The notes beneath the pieces were generated by a model. It had not been told where the DNA came from, made no database searches, and was given only the letters and a program-made list of their open reading frames with translations. From NCBI GenBank assembly GCA_017461765.1, contig JAFTXO010000027.1:9659-73658 (forward strand): 64,000 nt of DNA. Reading direction: 5' to 3'. Every line of letters begins with the position of its first letter. The stretch's first letter is position 1. This document shows positions 8,771 through 17,988 of the stretch, piece by piece. Source of the DNA: Clostridia bacterium. GTDB lineage: Bacteria; Bacillota; Clostridia; Oscillospirales; CAG-272. The translations under genes were made by a program, and so were the position numbers.

Positions 8771-9817
8771 ATGACTGAAAAAGATTTAAACCAAACAGTT
8801 GAAGCGCGTAAAATAACTCGCAGAGAATTTCAACGCGTTTATCCCGAAACAATCAATAGTATTTCCACCGAAGAAGCAAACAAGAAAAGAGTGGTTGCAA
8901 GAAAAGACATTAGCCTGTTTCAGTTCACTGTTCGTGAAATGAAGAGATATAAAATAGCTTATCTTATGATAGCTCCGTTTATGTTCGTATTCATACTCTT
9001 TACACTTTTCCCCGTATTGCTTTCAGCTATCCTCAGCTTCACATCATTCAATATGCTTGAGATGAACTGGGATATGTTCATAGGACTTGATAACTATACA
9101 AGATTGTTCTTTGAAGACGATATATTCCTTCAGGCATGTAAGAACACACTCGTGTTTGCGGCAATAACAGGCCCTGTATCTTACATACTCTCATTCGTTG
9201 TAGCTTGGTTTATAAACGAGCTTTCACCGAGAATAAGAGCATTGGTAACACTCGTCTTCTACGCTCCTTCTATTTCGGGAGCAGCATACACCATTTGGGG
9301 CGTTCTTTTCTCAGACGACGCTTACGGATGGGTAAACGGAACTCTTATAGACCTCGGACTTCTTGATTCGCCGGTCCTTTGGTTCCACGATGAAAAATAC
9401 GCAATGACGCTTTGTATCGTAGTAGCGCTCTGGATGTCACTCGGTACTGCATTCCTTTCCTTCATAGGAGGCTTGCAGACGATCCGTAAGGATATTTTTG
9501 AAGCTGCTGCGGTTGACGGAATTAAAAACAGATGGCAAGAGCTTTGGTTTATAACCCTTCCCGAAATGAAAAATCACCTTATGTTCGGTGCGGTAATGTC
9601 GATCACGGGTGCGTTCGGCTTCGGTTCGGTAGTAACACAGCTTTGCGGATTCCCGTCAGTAAACTATTCATGTCACACTATCATGCACTGTCTTGAGGAC
9701 TACGGTTCACAGAGATGGGAGGTAGGATACGCATCCTCAATAGCTGTTGTACTCTTCCTTATAATGATAGGCGCAAATATGCTTGTTAAGAAAATACTTT
9801 CAAAGGTAGGACGATAA
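8771..9817 (+). CDS. Sugar ABC transporter permease (MalF/UgpA type), pair 1
   Basis: 348 aa, multi-TM, with EAA loop EAAAVDGIKNRWQELWFITLPEMK. It carries a roughly 55-aa charged N-terminal extension. Confidence 0.88.
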   Translation: MTEKDLNQTVEARKITRREFQRVYPETINSISTEEANKKRVVARKDISLFQFTVREMKRYKIAYLMIAPFMFVFILFTLFPVLLSAILSFTSFNMLEMNWDMFIGLDNYTRLFFEDDIFLQACKNTLVFAAITGPVSYILSFVVAWFINELSPRIRALVTLVFYAPSISGAAYTIWGVLFSDDAYGWVNGTLIDLGLLDSPVLWFHDEKYAMTLCIVVALWMSLGTAFLSFIGGLQTIRKDIFEAAAVDGIKNRWQELWFITLPEMKNHLMFGAVMSITGAFGFGSVVTQLCGFPSVNYSCHTIMHCLEDYGSQRWEVGYASSIAVVLFLIMIGANMLVKKILSKVGR

Positions 9818-9818
9818 T

Positions 9819-10700
9819 ATGCAAAAAGAGCAAAAGATCAGAATAAGAAAGCATCAAGTCGTTCTTAACCGTTCGGCAGGAGGAGACGGAGCTATTGCCT
9901 TCTTCCTCATTATAATGGGCGTATTTATGTTCATTCCGTTGTACTATGTTGTAATTCAATCCTTGAAGCCGCTTGACGAGCTTTGGATGTTCCCTCCGAA
10001 ATTCATAGTTCAACACCCCACAATGCAAAACTTCGGAGACCTTTTCAACCTTTTGAGTGATTCTTGGGTACCTTTCTCAAGATATATATTCAATACGGTA
10101 TTTATTACATTTGCCGGTACATTCGGTAACCTATTCTTCTCGTCGATAGCGGCGTACGCGCTTGCAAAAATACCTTTTCCGGGAAGAAGACCGATATTTA
10201 CGACAATTCAAAGCTCGCTCATGTTTACATCAACAGTAACATCGATAGCGAACTTCATCACACTTTCAACCCTCGGACTTCTTGATAACCCCTTCGCAAT
10301 AATCATTCCCGCATGGGGATCCTCGATGGGACTTTACCTTATGAAGCAGTTTATGGAATCATCTATTTCCGATGACGTTTTACAGAGTGCGCGTCTTGAC
10401 GGATGTAGCGAGCTTAAGACCTTCTGGTCGATCGCTATGCCTCTTGTTAAACCGGGTTGGCTCACACTTATTATTTACTCGTTCCAAGGACTTTGGAACA
10501 CAGGCTCATCCATTTACATTTACAGTGAACAGTGGAAGACGCTTAACTATGCCATCAGCCAGATCACAGCGGGCGGTATCGTTCGTGCAGGTGCATCTGC
10601 TGCAGCATCGGTTATCATGATGATCGTGCCGATCCTCGTATTCATAATTTCACAAAGTAACATTATTGAAACGATGGCGTCGAGCGGTATGAAAGACTAA
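9819..10700 (+). CDS. Carbohydrate ABC transporter permease (MalG/UgpE type), pair 1
   Basis: 293 aa with EAA-type loop QSARLDGCSELKTFWSIAMPLVKP. There is a 1-nt gap to the preceding permease gene. Confidence 0.88.
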   Translation: MQKEQKIRIRKHQVVLNRSAGGDGAIAFFLIIMGVFMFIPLYYVVIQSLKPLDELWMFPPKFIVQHPTMQNFGDLFNLLSDSWVPFSRYIFNTVFITFAGTFGNLFFSSIAAYALAKIPFPGRRPIFTTIQSSLMFTSTVTSIANFITLSTLGLLDNPFAIIIPAWGSSMGLYLMKQFMESSISDDVLQSARLDGCSELKTFWSIAMPLVKPGWLTLIIYSFQGLWNTGSSIYIYSEQWKTLNYAISQITAGGIVRAGASAAASVIMMIVPILVFIISQSNIIETMASSGMKD

Positions 10701-10710
10701 GGGAGGACTT

Positions 10711-12918
10711 ATGAAGAAATTAACAAGAATATTCTTATTCGTAATGCTGTTCCTTATGGTCTTTGCTCCCGTTGTATCGGCATCAGTCCCCTATTCGACG
10801 TATACATACTCCATAAATCAGGAAATTCTTGAATCACCTCACGCGTACATTCCGGATGTGAGAGTTGACTCGGAATACATCGATCCCGGGCTTGTAAATC
10901 TTGAGGACACTCCGATAAACACGCCTAAGGACGTAGAATCCGACTCGAACGGAAATGTGTACATAACCGACTCGGGTAACGAGAGAATAATAGTAACGGA
11001 TAAGTATTACAAATTAAAATATGTATTAAAGAATTTCGTAAACTCACACGGAGTTGACGACTCTTTTAAGCTTGTTACAAGTACATTCGTATGGGAAAAT
11101 AAGCTTGATGACGGTACAGTAGTATCAGAGCTCTTTGTTTGCGACTCTGGTAATAAGAGAATACTTATATTCGATTCCGAAACAGGCGCATTCAAGCGTG
11201 AATTGATAAAACCGGAAACAGAGCTTCTCAGCTCAGGCTCCGACTTTATTCCTGTAAGCTGTGCAGCAGATAAGCACGGAAGAATTTACGTTGTATCAAG
11301 TGCAACAACAGAAGGTATTATAGTTCTTACCGCTGAAGGCAAGTTCATAAACTTCATCGGTGCTCCGAAGGTAACGGTAACGGCTCTTGAAGCACTCATA
11401 AGAAAGATCTCCTCAAAAGAGGTTGAGATCTTGCCTACAACATACACCAGCGTTGATATTGATTACGAATCTCAGGAATTCCTTTACGCTACTATTCAGT
11501 ACGTAGACGAAGAAGAGCTTGCAAATCAGCTTCAACAGCTCACACTTAAGCTCACTGACTTCTCACCTGTTAAGCTTCTTAACGCACAGGGTACGGATAT
11601 CATGCTTCGTAACGGCTTCTTTGCTCCTGCGGGCGAGGTTGTAGACGAGCTTGAGAGTCTTGACGCTATCGGTAAAAGTGATGCTCTTGATGACGGTGTA
11701 TCCTCTGTTATCGATATCACCAGCGGACCTAACGGAATATGGTCTATTATAGACTCTAAGCGTTCAAAGGTTTATACATATGATAAAGACGGTAACTTGC
11801 TCTTTATCTTCGGTAACGTTGGCGACCAGCTCGGTAACATCAAAACAGCACAGTCAATAACATATCAGAACGTAGGAGATCAAAACTCCTTCAACATAAT
11901 AGTTCTTGACTCAACAGGAAAGAGCTTCACAGTATACCGTCCTACGGTGTATGCGGAAACTCTTAACGAAGCCATCTATTATCAAAATCAAAGAGACTAC
12001 GACACAGCGGTTGATAAATGGGAAGAGGTTCTTAAAAGAAACGCTAACTTTGATACCGCGTACGTAGCAATAGGTAAATCGCTTTACCGTTCGGGTAAAT
12101 ACGAGGAATCTATCGAATACTTCAAAAACGCGCAGGATACCGAAAACTATGCAATAGCATATAAAGAGGTTCGTTCTCAATCTATGGAGAAGCTCTTTAT
12201 TCCTATGATAATTCTCATAGTAGTAGCTGTAATTCTTATAGGAAAGGTATTCAAGTACGCAGCGAAGGTAAATACGGCAGCTCAGCTGAGGGTAGGAAAG
12301 AAATCTCTTAAGGAAGAGCTTCTTTTCGGCTTCCACCTTATGTTCCACCCGTTCGACGGATATTGGGATCTTAAGCACGAGCAGCGCGGCTCCGCAAGAT
12401 CTGCAACGATCTATGTAATAATAACGATCATCGCATTCTACTATCAATCGATAGGAAAAGGCTACTATTCCAACCCAAGTGGATCGTACTCAACGATCTT
12501 CTCGGCAATGAGCTCGGTTCTCATTATACTGTTCCTTTGGGTTATCGCCAACTGGTGTCTTACAACACTCTTTGACGGTGAGGGAAGCCTTAAAGATATT
12601 TATATCTCAACATCATACGCACTTTTCCCGTTGCCATTCCTTATAATCGTATCAACACTTCTTACGAATGTATTGGTTGGCGACGAGGTACAGATCGTAA
12701 CTATGATACTCGCAGTAGGCTATATCTGGGTAGGACTCTTGCTCGTGCTCGGTATGCAGGTAACACACGACTATTCAATGGGTAAAAACATAGTAACGGT
12801 AATAGCAACAATAGTTGGTATGATCTTTATAATGTTCATGGCGTTGCTCTTTATCACGCTTATTACAAAGGTAGTAGGCTTCGGTTCGAGCATTGCAACG
12901 GAATTAAGCTATAGGTGA
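10711..12918 (+). CDS. Signal peptide + NHL-repeat beta-propeller-like region + TPR + C-terminal Yip1-like multi-TM domain
   Basis: 735 aa. NHL-like strands include NGNVYITDSGNERIIV, LFVCDSGNKRILIFD and KHGRIYVVSS. A TPR-like stretch (YDTAVDKWEEVLKRNANFDTAYVAIGKSLYRSGKYEESIEYF) is followed by one TM and then a 5-TM Yip1-type block. Confidence 0.7.
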   Translation: MKKLTRIFLFVMLFLMVFAPVVSASVPYSTYTYSINQEILESPHAYIPDVRVDSEYIDPGLVNLEDTPINTPKDVESDSNGNVYITDSGNERIIVTDKYYKLKYVLKNFVNSHGVDDSFKLVTSTFVWENKLDDGTVVSELFVCDSGNKRILIFDSETGAFKRELIKPETELLSSGSDFIPVSCAADKHGRIYVVSSATTEGIIVLTAEGKFINFIGAPKVTVTALEALIRKISSKEVEILPTTYTSVDIDYESQEFLYATIQYVDEEELANQLQQLTLKLTDFSPVKLLNAQGTDIMLRNGFFAPAGEVVDELESLDAIGKSDALDDGVSSVIDITSGPNGIWSIIDSKRSKVYTYDKDGNLLFIFGNVGDQLGNIKTAQSITYQNVGDQNSFNIIVLDSTGKSFTVYRPTVYAETLNEAIYYQNQRDYDTAVDKWEEVLKRNANFDTAYVAIGKSLYRSGKYEESIEYFKNAQDTENYAIAYKEVRSQSMEKLFIPMIILIVVAVILIGKVFKYAAKVNTAAQLRVGKKSLKEELLFGFHLMFHPFDGYWDLKHEQRGSARSATIYVIITIIAFYYQSIGKGYYSNPSGSYSTIFSAMSSVLIILFLWVIANWCLTTLFDGEGSLKDIYISTSYALFPLPFLIIVSTLLTNVLVGDEVQIVTMILAVGYIWVGLLLVLGMQVTHDYSMGKNIVTVIATIVGMIFIMFMALLFITLITKVVGFGSSIATELSYR

Positions 12919-12937
12919 TCGAAAGGAGAAAGAAATT

Positions 12938-15844
12938 ATGAAAAAAAGAATAATATCTGCATTCCTTGCGGTGCTTATGGCGCTTTCCGTGTTCGCAACA
13001 GTGATAAGTGCATTTAATCCTACGGATTATCTTGACAAGGTGCAAGGCGGAGAAATAAAAACGAAGAGTGACTTGTTTACTACCGTTGAGGCTTATCTTG
13101 AGGAGATGGAGGTCGTTCTTGAAAACGATGCTCTCAGAATGCATATGAGAAAAGCGACAGGTGAATTCGCTATCGAAAACAAGGTAACGGGCGAATACAT
13201 CTTCTCAAACCCTTATGCAACAAACCACCGTGCAATAATAAGTCTTACTTACCGTAACAACGAAACGAACGGCGAGGCGATCTTGGACTCATACAACGGC
13301 GCAGCAGCATTCGGACAGTTGATACACAAGGATACAGACACAACAGATAATATTTACGAAATAACCTTCCTTTTGGGTGAAATCGTAAGAAGCGCAAGAA
13401 TATTCCTTGAAACCTCGAGCAACGAAAGAATGGTTGAAATTCAGAAAATGGTCGTTGACAGATGGATAGAGGATTTCGGTTCTATTGATGAGGTGGGTAC
13501 TGTCGGAGAAGCTAAAGGAATTAAGCTCTCTCAGTACATCAACAACTACCTTACCGCGGCAAGACTTTATGAGCTTAGCGGATTGGTTCGTGTTCCCGTT
13601 GAATATAACGGAGCTACGATTTACGAGCTCTATTATGAAACGGATAAAGACGGCAGTGACGGAGTAAAGCTTGACTTTGAAACTGACGAAAACGGCTTTA
13701 CAATAATCCCTGAGGGCGCACGTCCTGCAACATGGATCTGTAAGACCGACCTTACCGAAAAGAACATAAGACAGGCCGAGATAGTTTATATTTACGCAGG
13801 ATATACAGAGCAAATGGTTCTCGACTATTACGACGAGATCGGATACGAGCCTAAATTCGGTATGCAACAGGGTGCTTGCTTTGAGATTCCTGTAAAATAT
13901 GAATTGACACAAAACGGCTTCAAGATCAATGTAGATACATCAAAGATCGAATATGACAAAGATCTTTACTTGCCAATCTCACTTTCTATCCTTCCTTACA
14001 TGAACTCGGCAACGAGCGAGGATACAGGATATGCGTTAGTTCCTGACGGAAGCGGCGCGATCATCAGATTTGAGGATAGAAACTCAGCCCCCACAACATA
14101 TACAGTTTACGGCTCGGACTTCGCATACAGCGATCTTTCGTCCAAGAACAGCGTATTTGAAAAGGGTAGAGAGCAAAGCACAATGCCTATCTTCGGAAGC
14201 ACTATTACAACAGGTGAATATGATAAAGCATACTTTGCAGTCATCGAAGAGGGTGACACACTCGCATCAATCAACTACATAAACTCTCCCAAAGCGGTTT
14301 ATGCTACATTCGCAATCGGTATCAAGGATAAGTTCTCCATTGAAAACAACTATGCAGGAGGAAAAGAATCCGATACTACCGATATTACAACAACAAACAG
14401 CAGATTCTATCAAGGAAACTGCACTGTAAATTACACGGTATTGGTTGACGATGACCTTGCTCAAAAATACCGTCTTGAAACAACATACGGAACAACTTAC
14501 GTTGACATGGCTGAATGCTACAGAGATTACCTTATCGAAAAAGGCGATCTTAAGAAGCTTACAGTATACGATGTAAACGAAAAAACAAAGATCTTCTTTG
14601 AAGTATTCGGTTCGATTGATGTAACTGAAAGAATTCTCACATTCCCCGTTACCGTAAGCCGTGAGCTTACAACATTTAATGATATCATTACAATGTATAA
14701 GCAATTAAATGCCTCGGGCGTTGATAACGCAAGCTTCATTCTTACAGGCTTCGCAAACGGCGGTCTTGCTTCCTACTATCCCACATATCTCAAATGGGAA
14801 AAATCAGTTGGCGGAGCTGACGGATACGCAGAGCTTGTGGATTACGCAAAGGAAGCGGGCTTTGAGGTTGCCTTGAATGTAGACTTCACATATTCAAAGG
14901 GAACTAAATTGTTCAGCGGCTTCTCATACAAGAAGACTGCTGCACTCACAGTTGAAGGCAGATATACAACAAAACGTGAATACGACCCTGCTGAGCAGAT
15001 TCATAAGCGCAGCGGCGGCGTAGTAATCTCAACAACATCATTTGAGCTCGCATATGAAAAGTTCATGGAGTCTGCAAGCAAATATGATATAACAGCCTTG
15101 GCGGCAAGAACACTCGGCTCTGATATAAGCTCCGACTTTGACGAAGAAGACGGATTTGTATTCAGAGAGCAGTCTAAGTCTGAAATTCAGAATATGCTCT
15201 CTCTCTTAACAGGTAATAATGCAAGCTCAAGAGCAAGCTACAATCTTATTTTAGATAAAGGTAACGCATATTCGCTTAAGTATGCAAGCTCAATACTCAC
15301 TACACCTCTTGAGAGCAGTAATATGGCAGGTGCGGGCGAATCTGTTCCGTTTGTAGGAATGGTACTCCACGGATCTATGGTATATTCGGGCTCGCCAATA
15401 AACATGGAGGGTGATGAGGATTATGCATTCTTGAAATCGCTTGAAAACGGTTCAGTGCTTTACTTCACACTTGCAATGCAGAATATCGAGCTTCTTAAGT
15501 CGGACTATGAATACAACAAATATTACTCGATCGACTACGAGCAATGGAAATCAACCATAGTTAAGATGTATAATGAATACAACGAAGTTATGGCAAGCAA
15601 GCAGACCTCGTATATCACAGAGCATGAGTTCCTTAACGCCGAGGACGGATATAACACGACTCGTATCGATGTTATAAACGGAGAAGAGGTAAGAGGAACA
15701 CTCGATAACTCAAGAGTAGTAAGAGTTGAATACGAAAACGGCGAAGGCTTTATCCTTAACTACAACTCATACGAAATCGAAGTTACATATAACGGCGAGG
15801 TTATAAGAATACCTTCAATGGAATATGTAACATACCAAGACTGA
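12938..15844 (+). CDS. Large exported protein, DUF5696-like (function unknown, possible glycan-active barrel)
   Basis: 968 aa with N-terminal signal/anchor MKKRIISAFLAVLMALSVFATVISA. The central segment FILTGFANGGLASYYPTYLKWEKSVGGADGYAELVDYAKEAGFEVALNVDF looks like a glycoside-hydrolase barrel strand/helix pattern. The DUF label is from memory. Confidence 0.6.
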   Translation: MKKRIISAFLAVLMALSVFATVISAFNPTDYLDKVQGGEIKTKSDLFTTVEAYLEEMEVVLENDALRMHMRKATGEFAIENKVTGEYIFSNPYATNHRAIISLTYRNNETNGEAILDSYNGAAAFGQLIHKDTDTTDNIYEITFLLGEIVRSARIFLETSSNERMVEIQKMVVDRWIEDFGSIDEVGTVGEAKGIKLSQYINNYLTAARLYELSGLVRVPVEYNGATIYELYYETDKDGSDGVKLDFETDENGFTIIPEGARPATWICKTDLTEKNIRQAEIVYIYAGYTEQMVLDYYDEIGYEPKFGMQQGACFEIPVKYELTQNGFKINVDTSKIEYDKDLYLPISLSILPYMNSATSEDTGYALVPDGSGAIIRFEDRNSAPTTYTVYGSDFAYSDLSSKNSVFEKGREQSTMPIFGSTITTGEYDKAYFAVIEEGDTLASINYINSPKAVYATFAIGIKDKFSIENNYAGGKESDTTDITTTNSRFYQGNCTVNYTVLVDDDLAQKYRLETTYGTTYVDMAECYRDYLIEKGDLKKLTVYDVNEKTKIFFEVFGSIDVTERILTFPVTVSRELTTFNDIITMYKQLNASGVDNASFILTGFANGGLASYYPTYLKWEKSVGGADGYAELVDYAKEAGFEVALNVDFTYSKGTKLFSGFSYKKTAALTVEGRYTTKREYDPAEQIHKRSGGVVISTTSFELAYEKFMESASKYDITALAARTLGSDISSDFDEEDGFVFREQSKSEIQNMLSLLTGNNASSRASYNLILDKGNAYSLKYASSILTTPLESSNMAGAGESVPFVGMVLHGSMVYSGSPINMEGDEDYAFLKSLENGSVLYFTLAMQNIELLKSDYEYNKYYSIDYEQWKSTIVKMYNEYNEVMASKQTSYITEHEFLNAEDGYNTTRIDVINGEEVRGTLDNSRVVRVEYENGEGFILNYNSYEIEVTYNGEVIRIPSMEYVTYQD

Positions 15845-15861
15845 GAAAGGAGGAAAAATAA

Positions 15862-16836
15862 ATGAATTCATCGAATACATTACCTGTGCGTAAACGCAAG
15901 CGCCGTCTTTCGCTTACCACAAAGAAAGCAATTTCGGGTTGGATCTTTGTTCTTCCCTTCGTTCTCGGTATCATAATGATATACGGACCGATAGTATTCA
16001 AATCCATACAAATATCATTCGTTTCCTTGGAGGGTACTGCAAGCAGAGAGGTAAAGGAATTTATCGGATTTGATAACTATAAGAGAATTTTCGAAGAGGG
16101 TGCAAACTTCCTTGAAGCGATCATGAACGGTATCAAGTCACTTGTAATTCAGATCCCCTCTATCGTAATATTCTCACTCTTCATGGCGGTAATCCTTAAT
16201 CAGAAGATGGCAGGAAGAACACTTTTCCGTGCAATATTCTTCCTTCCCGTTATTCTTTCAACAGGTGTTATCGCGGCAACAGATGCTTCAAGTAATGCGC
16301 TTGCTAACATGGAATCAGGTCAGGTTGATACAAATACAGGTGAAGCAGGCTTTATGTCATCAATGGACCTTGCATCAATGCTTGGTAACATTCAAATGGG
16401 CTCGGCACTTGTAGACATAGTTGTAGGACTAGTAAACGACATTTTCGATATTATCAGCCGTTCAGGTGTACAGATGCTCATATTCCTCTCGGGACTTCAA
16501 TCGATCTCTCCGTCAATATATGAGTCGTGTCAGATGGAGGGCGCTTCCGCTTGGGAGACCTTCTGGAAGATAACACTTCCTATGATAAGCCCGATGATCC
16601 TTGTAAATGCTATTTATACGGTAATCGACGCGTTCACAGCGCCCGACAATAACGTAATGGGTTATGTACAAAAGCTTTTACGCGGCGGTACATCAGGTAC
16701 AGCTCTTGGCTCGCCTATTGAGGCGGTTCAAGTAGGACACGCAATGATCTGGGTATATACAGCACTCGTTTTGGTTGTTATCGTGCTCGTTGCGCTTATA
16801 ATGAAGGCGTTCGTCTTCTATCAAAAGAGAGATTAA
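15862..16836 (+). CDS. Sugar ABC transporter permease (MalF type), pair 2
   Basis: 324 aa with EAA-type loop ESCQMEGASAWETFWKITLPMISP; multi-TM. Confidence 0.88.
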   Translation: MNSSNTLPVRKRKRRLSLTTKKAISGWIFVLPFVLGIIMIYGPIVFKSIQISFVSLEGTASREVKEFIGFDNYKRIFEEGANFLEAIMNGIKSLVIQIPSIVIFSLFMAVILNQKMAGRTLFRAIFFLPVILSTGVIAATDASSNALANMESGQVDTNTGEAGFMSSMDLASMLGNIQMGSALVDIVVGLVNDIFDIISRSGVQMLIFLSGLQSISPSIYESCQMEGASAWETFWKITLPMISPMILVNAIYTVIDAFTAPDNNVMGYVQKLLRGGTSGTALGSPIEAVQVGHAMIWVYTALVLVVIVLVALIMKAFVFYQKRD

Positions 16837-16848
16837 GGAGGGCGGGAG

Positions 16849-17892
16849 ATGGATAATACACCAAAGATCAAAAAAGAATCGAAGCATAAGATCCGCGTAG
16901 AATTTGAAAGAGCTCCCCTTTGGGTGAGAATAAAATCAAAATTCTTCTCGATCAACTTCCTTAAAAACGTTGTATACGTAATATTCAGATATATACTTCT
17001 CATAGGCGTTTCGTACGTTATACTTAACCCCTACATCAAAAAGATCTTCGGCTCATTTATGTCACCGAGTGACCTTAAGAACCCTAAAGTAATTTTGATT
17101 TCCGCTGATCCTACGTTTGATCAGTATAAGTACATAATTACAGAGAACGGATATTTGCAAGCGGCATTAAAAACGTTTTTGATCGCTGCAAGTATAGCGC
17201 TAATAGAAACGTTAGTATGTGCATTTATAGCATACGGACTTGCGAAATTTAAATTCAAAGGCAACTCAATCGTCTTTGCGCTCGTAGTAGGAATACTTAT
17301 GATCCCTATGGACGCTATAAGACACTCAATGATGCTCTTCTTCCAATGCTTTGGAGAATCAAACCCAATCGGTCTTTTCCTCTCCAAGATAATTCCGAAT
17401 TATTCGAACGCTTGGATACAGGGATCGTTTATACCGAGATACATACTCGCATTTACGGGACTTGGCTTTAAGAACGGACTTTTCATATTTATGTTAAGAC
17501 AGTTCTTCCGCGGAGTACCCGATGAGCTTGAAGAATCCGCATACGTTGACGGCTCTAACACCTTCAGAACCTTCTTCAGTATCATTCTTCCTATCTCAAT
17601 ACCGATGCTTATCACGGTATTCATCTTCTCATTCTCATGGCAGTGGACAGATAACTTCTATTCGGATATCTTCTTTACAGCTCTTGAACCCCCGGGAACA
17701 ATGTTTGATATCGTATCAAAAATGCCCGATACTCTTACAGAGCTTATAAGAAATCACGAAAGAAAAACGATGTATCAATCCACAGTCGTTGGAACATCGA
17801 CTATCCTCGTTGCACTTCCGCTTATTATCATGTATTGCTTCTTGCAGAACAAGATCGTACAAGGTGTTGAGCGTAGCGGTATCGTAGGCTAA
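16849..17892 (+). CDS. Carbohydrate ABC transporter permease (MalG type), pair 2
   Basis: 347 aa with EAA-type loop ESAYVDGSNTFRTFFSIILPISIP; multi-TM. Confidence 0.88.
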   Translation: MDNTPKIKKESKHKIRVEFERAPLWVRIKSKFFSINFLKNVVYVIFRYILLIGVSYVILNPYIKKIFGSFMSPSDLKNPKVILISADPTFDQYKYIITENGYLQAALKTFLIAASIALIETLVCAFIAYGLAKFKFKGNSIVFALVVGILMIPMDAIRHSMMLFFQCFGESNPIGLFLSKIIPNYSNAWIQGSFIPRYILAFTGLGFKNGLFIFMLRQFFRGVPDELEESAYVDGSNTFRTFFSIILPISIPMLITVFIFSFSWQWTDNFYSDIFFTALEPPGTMFDIVSKMPDTLTELIRNHERKTMYQSTVVGTSTILVALPLIIMYCFLQNKIVQGVERSGIVG

Positions 17893-17906
17893 TATTTAAA
17901 ACAAAA

Positions 17907-17932
17907 ATGGAACTCGAAAGAGTTCCATTTTT
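17907..17932 (+). terminator. Rho-independent terminator ending the 7-gene operon
   Basis: ATGGAACTC-GAAA-GAGTTCCAT followed by TTTT. Confidence 0.85.
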
Positions 17933-17988
17933 ATATTCTTTAATTAAAACAAGAAGAAAAATCGGACACAGAGTGCCCGATTTTTTAG

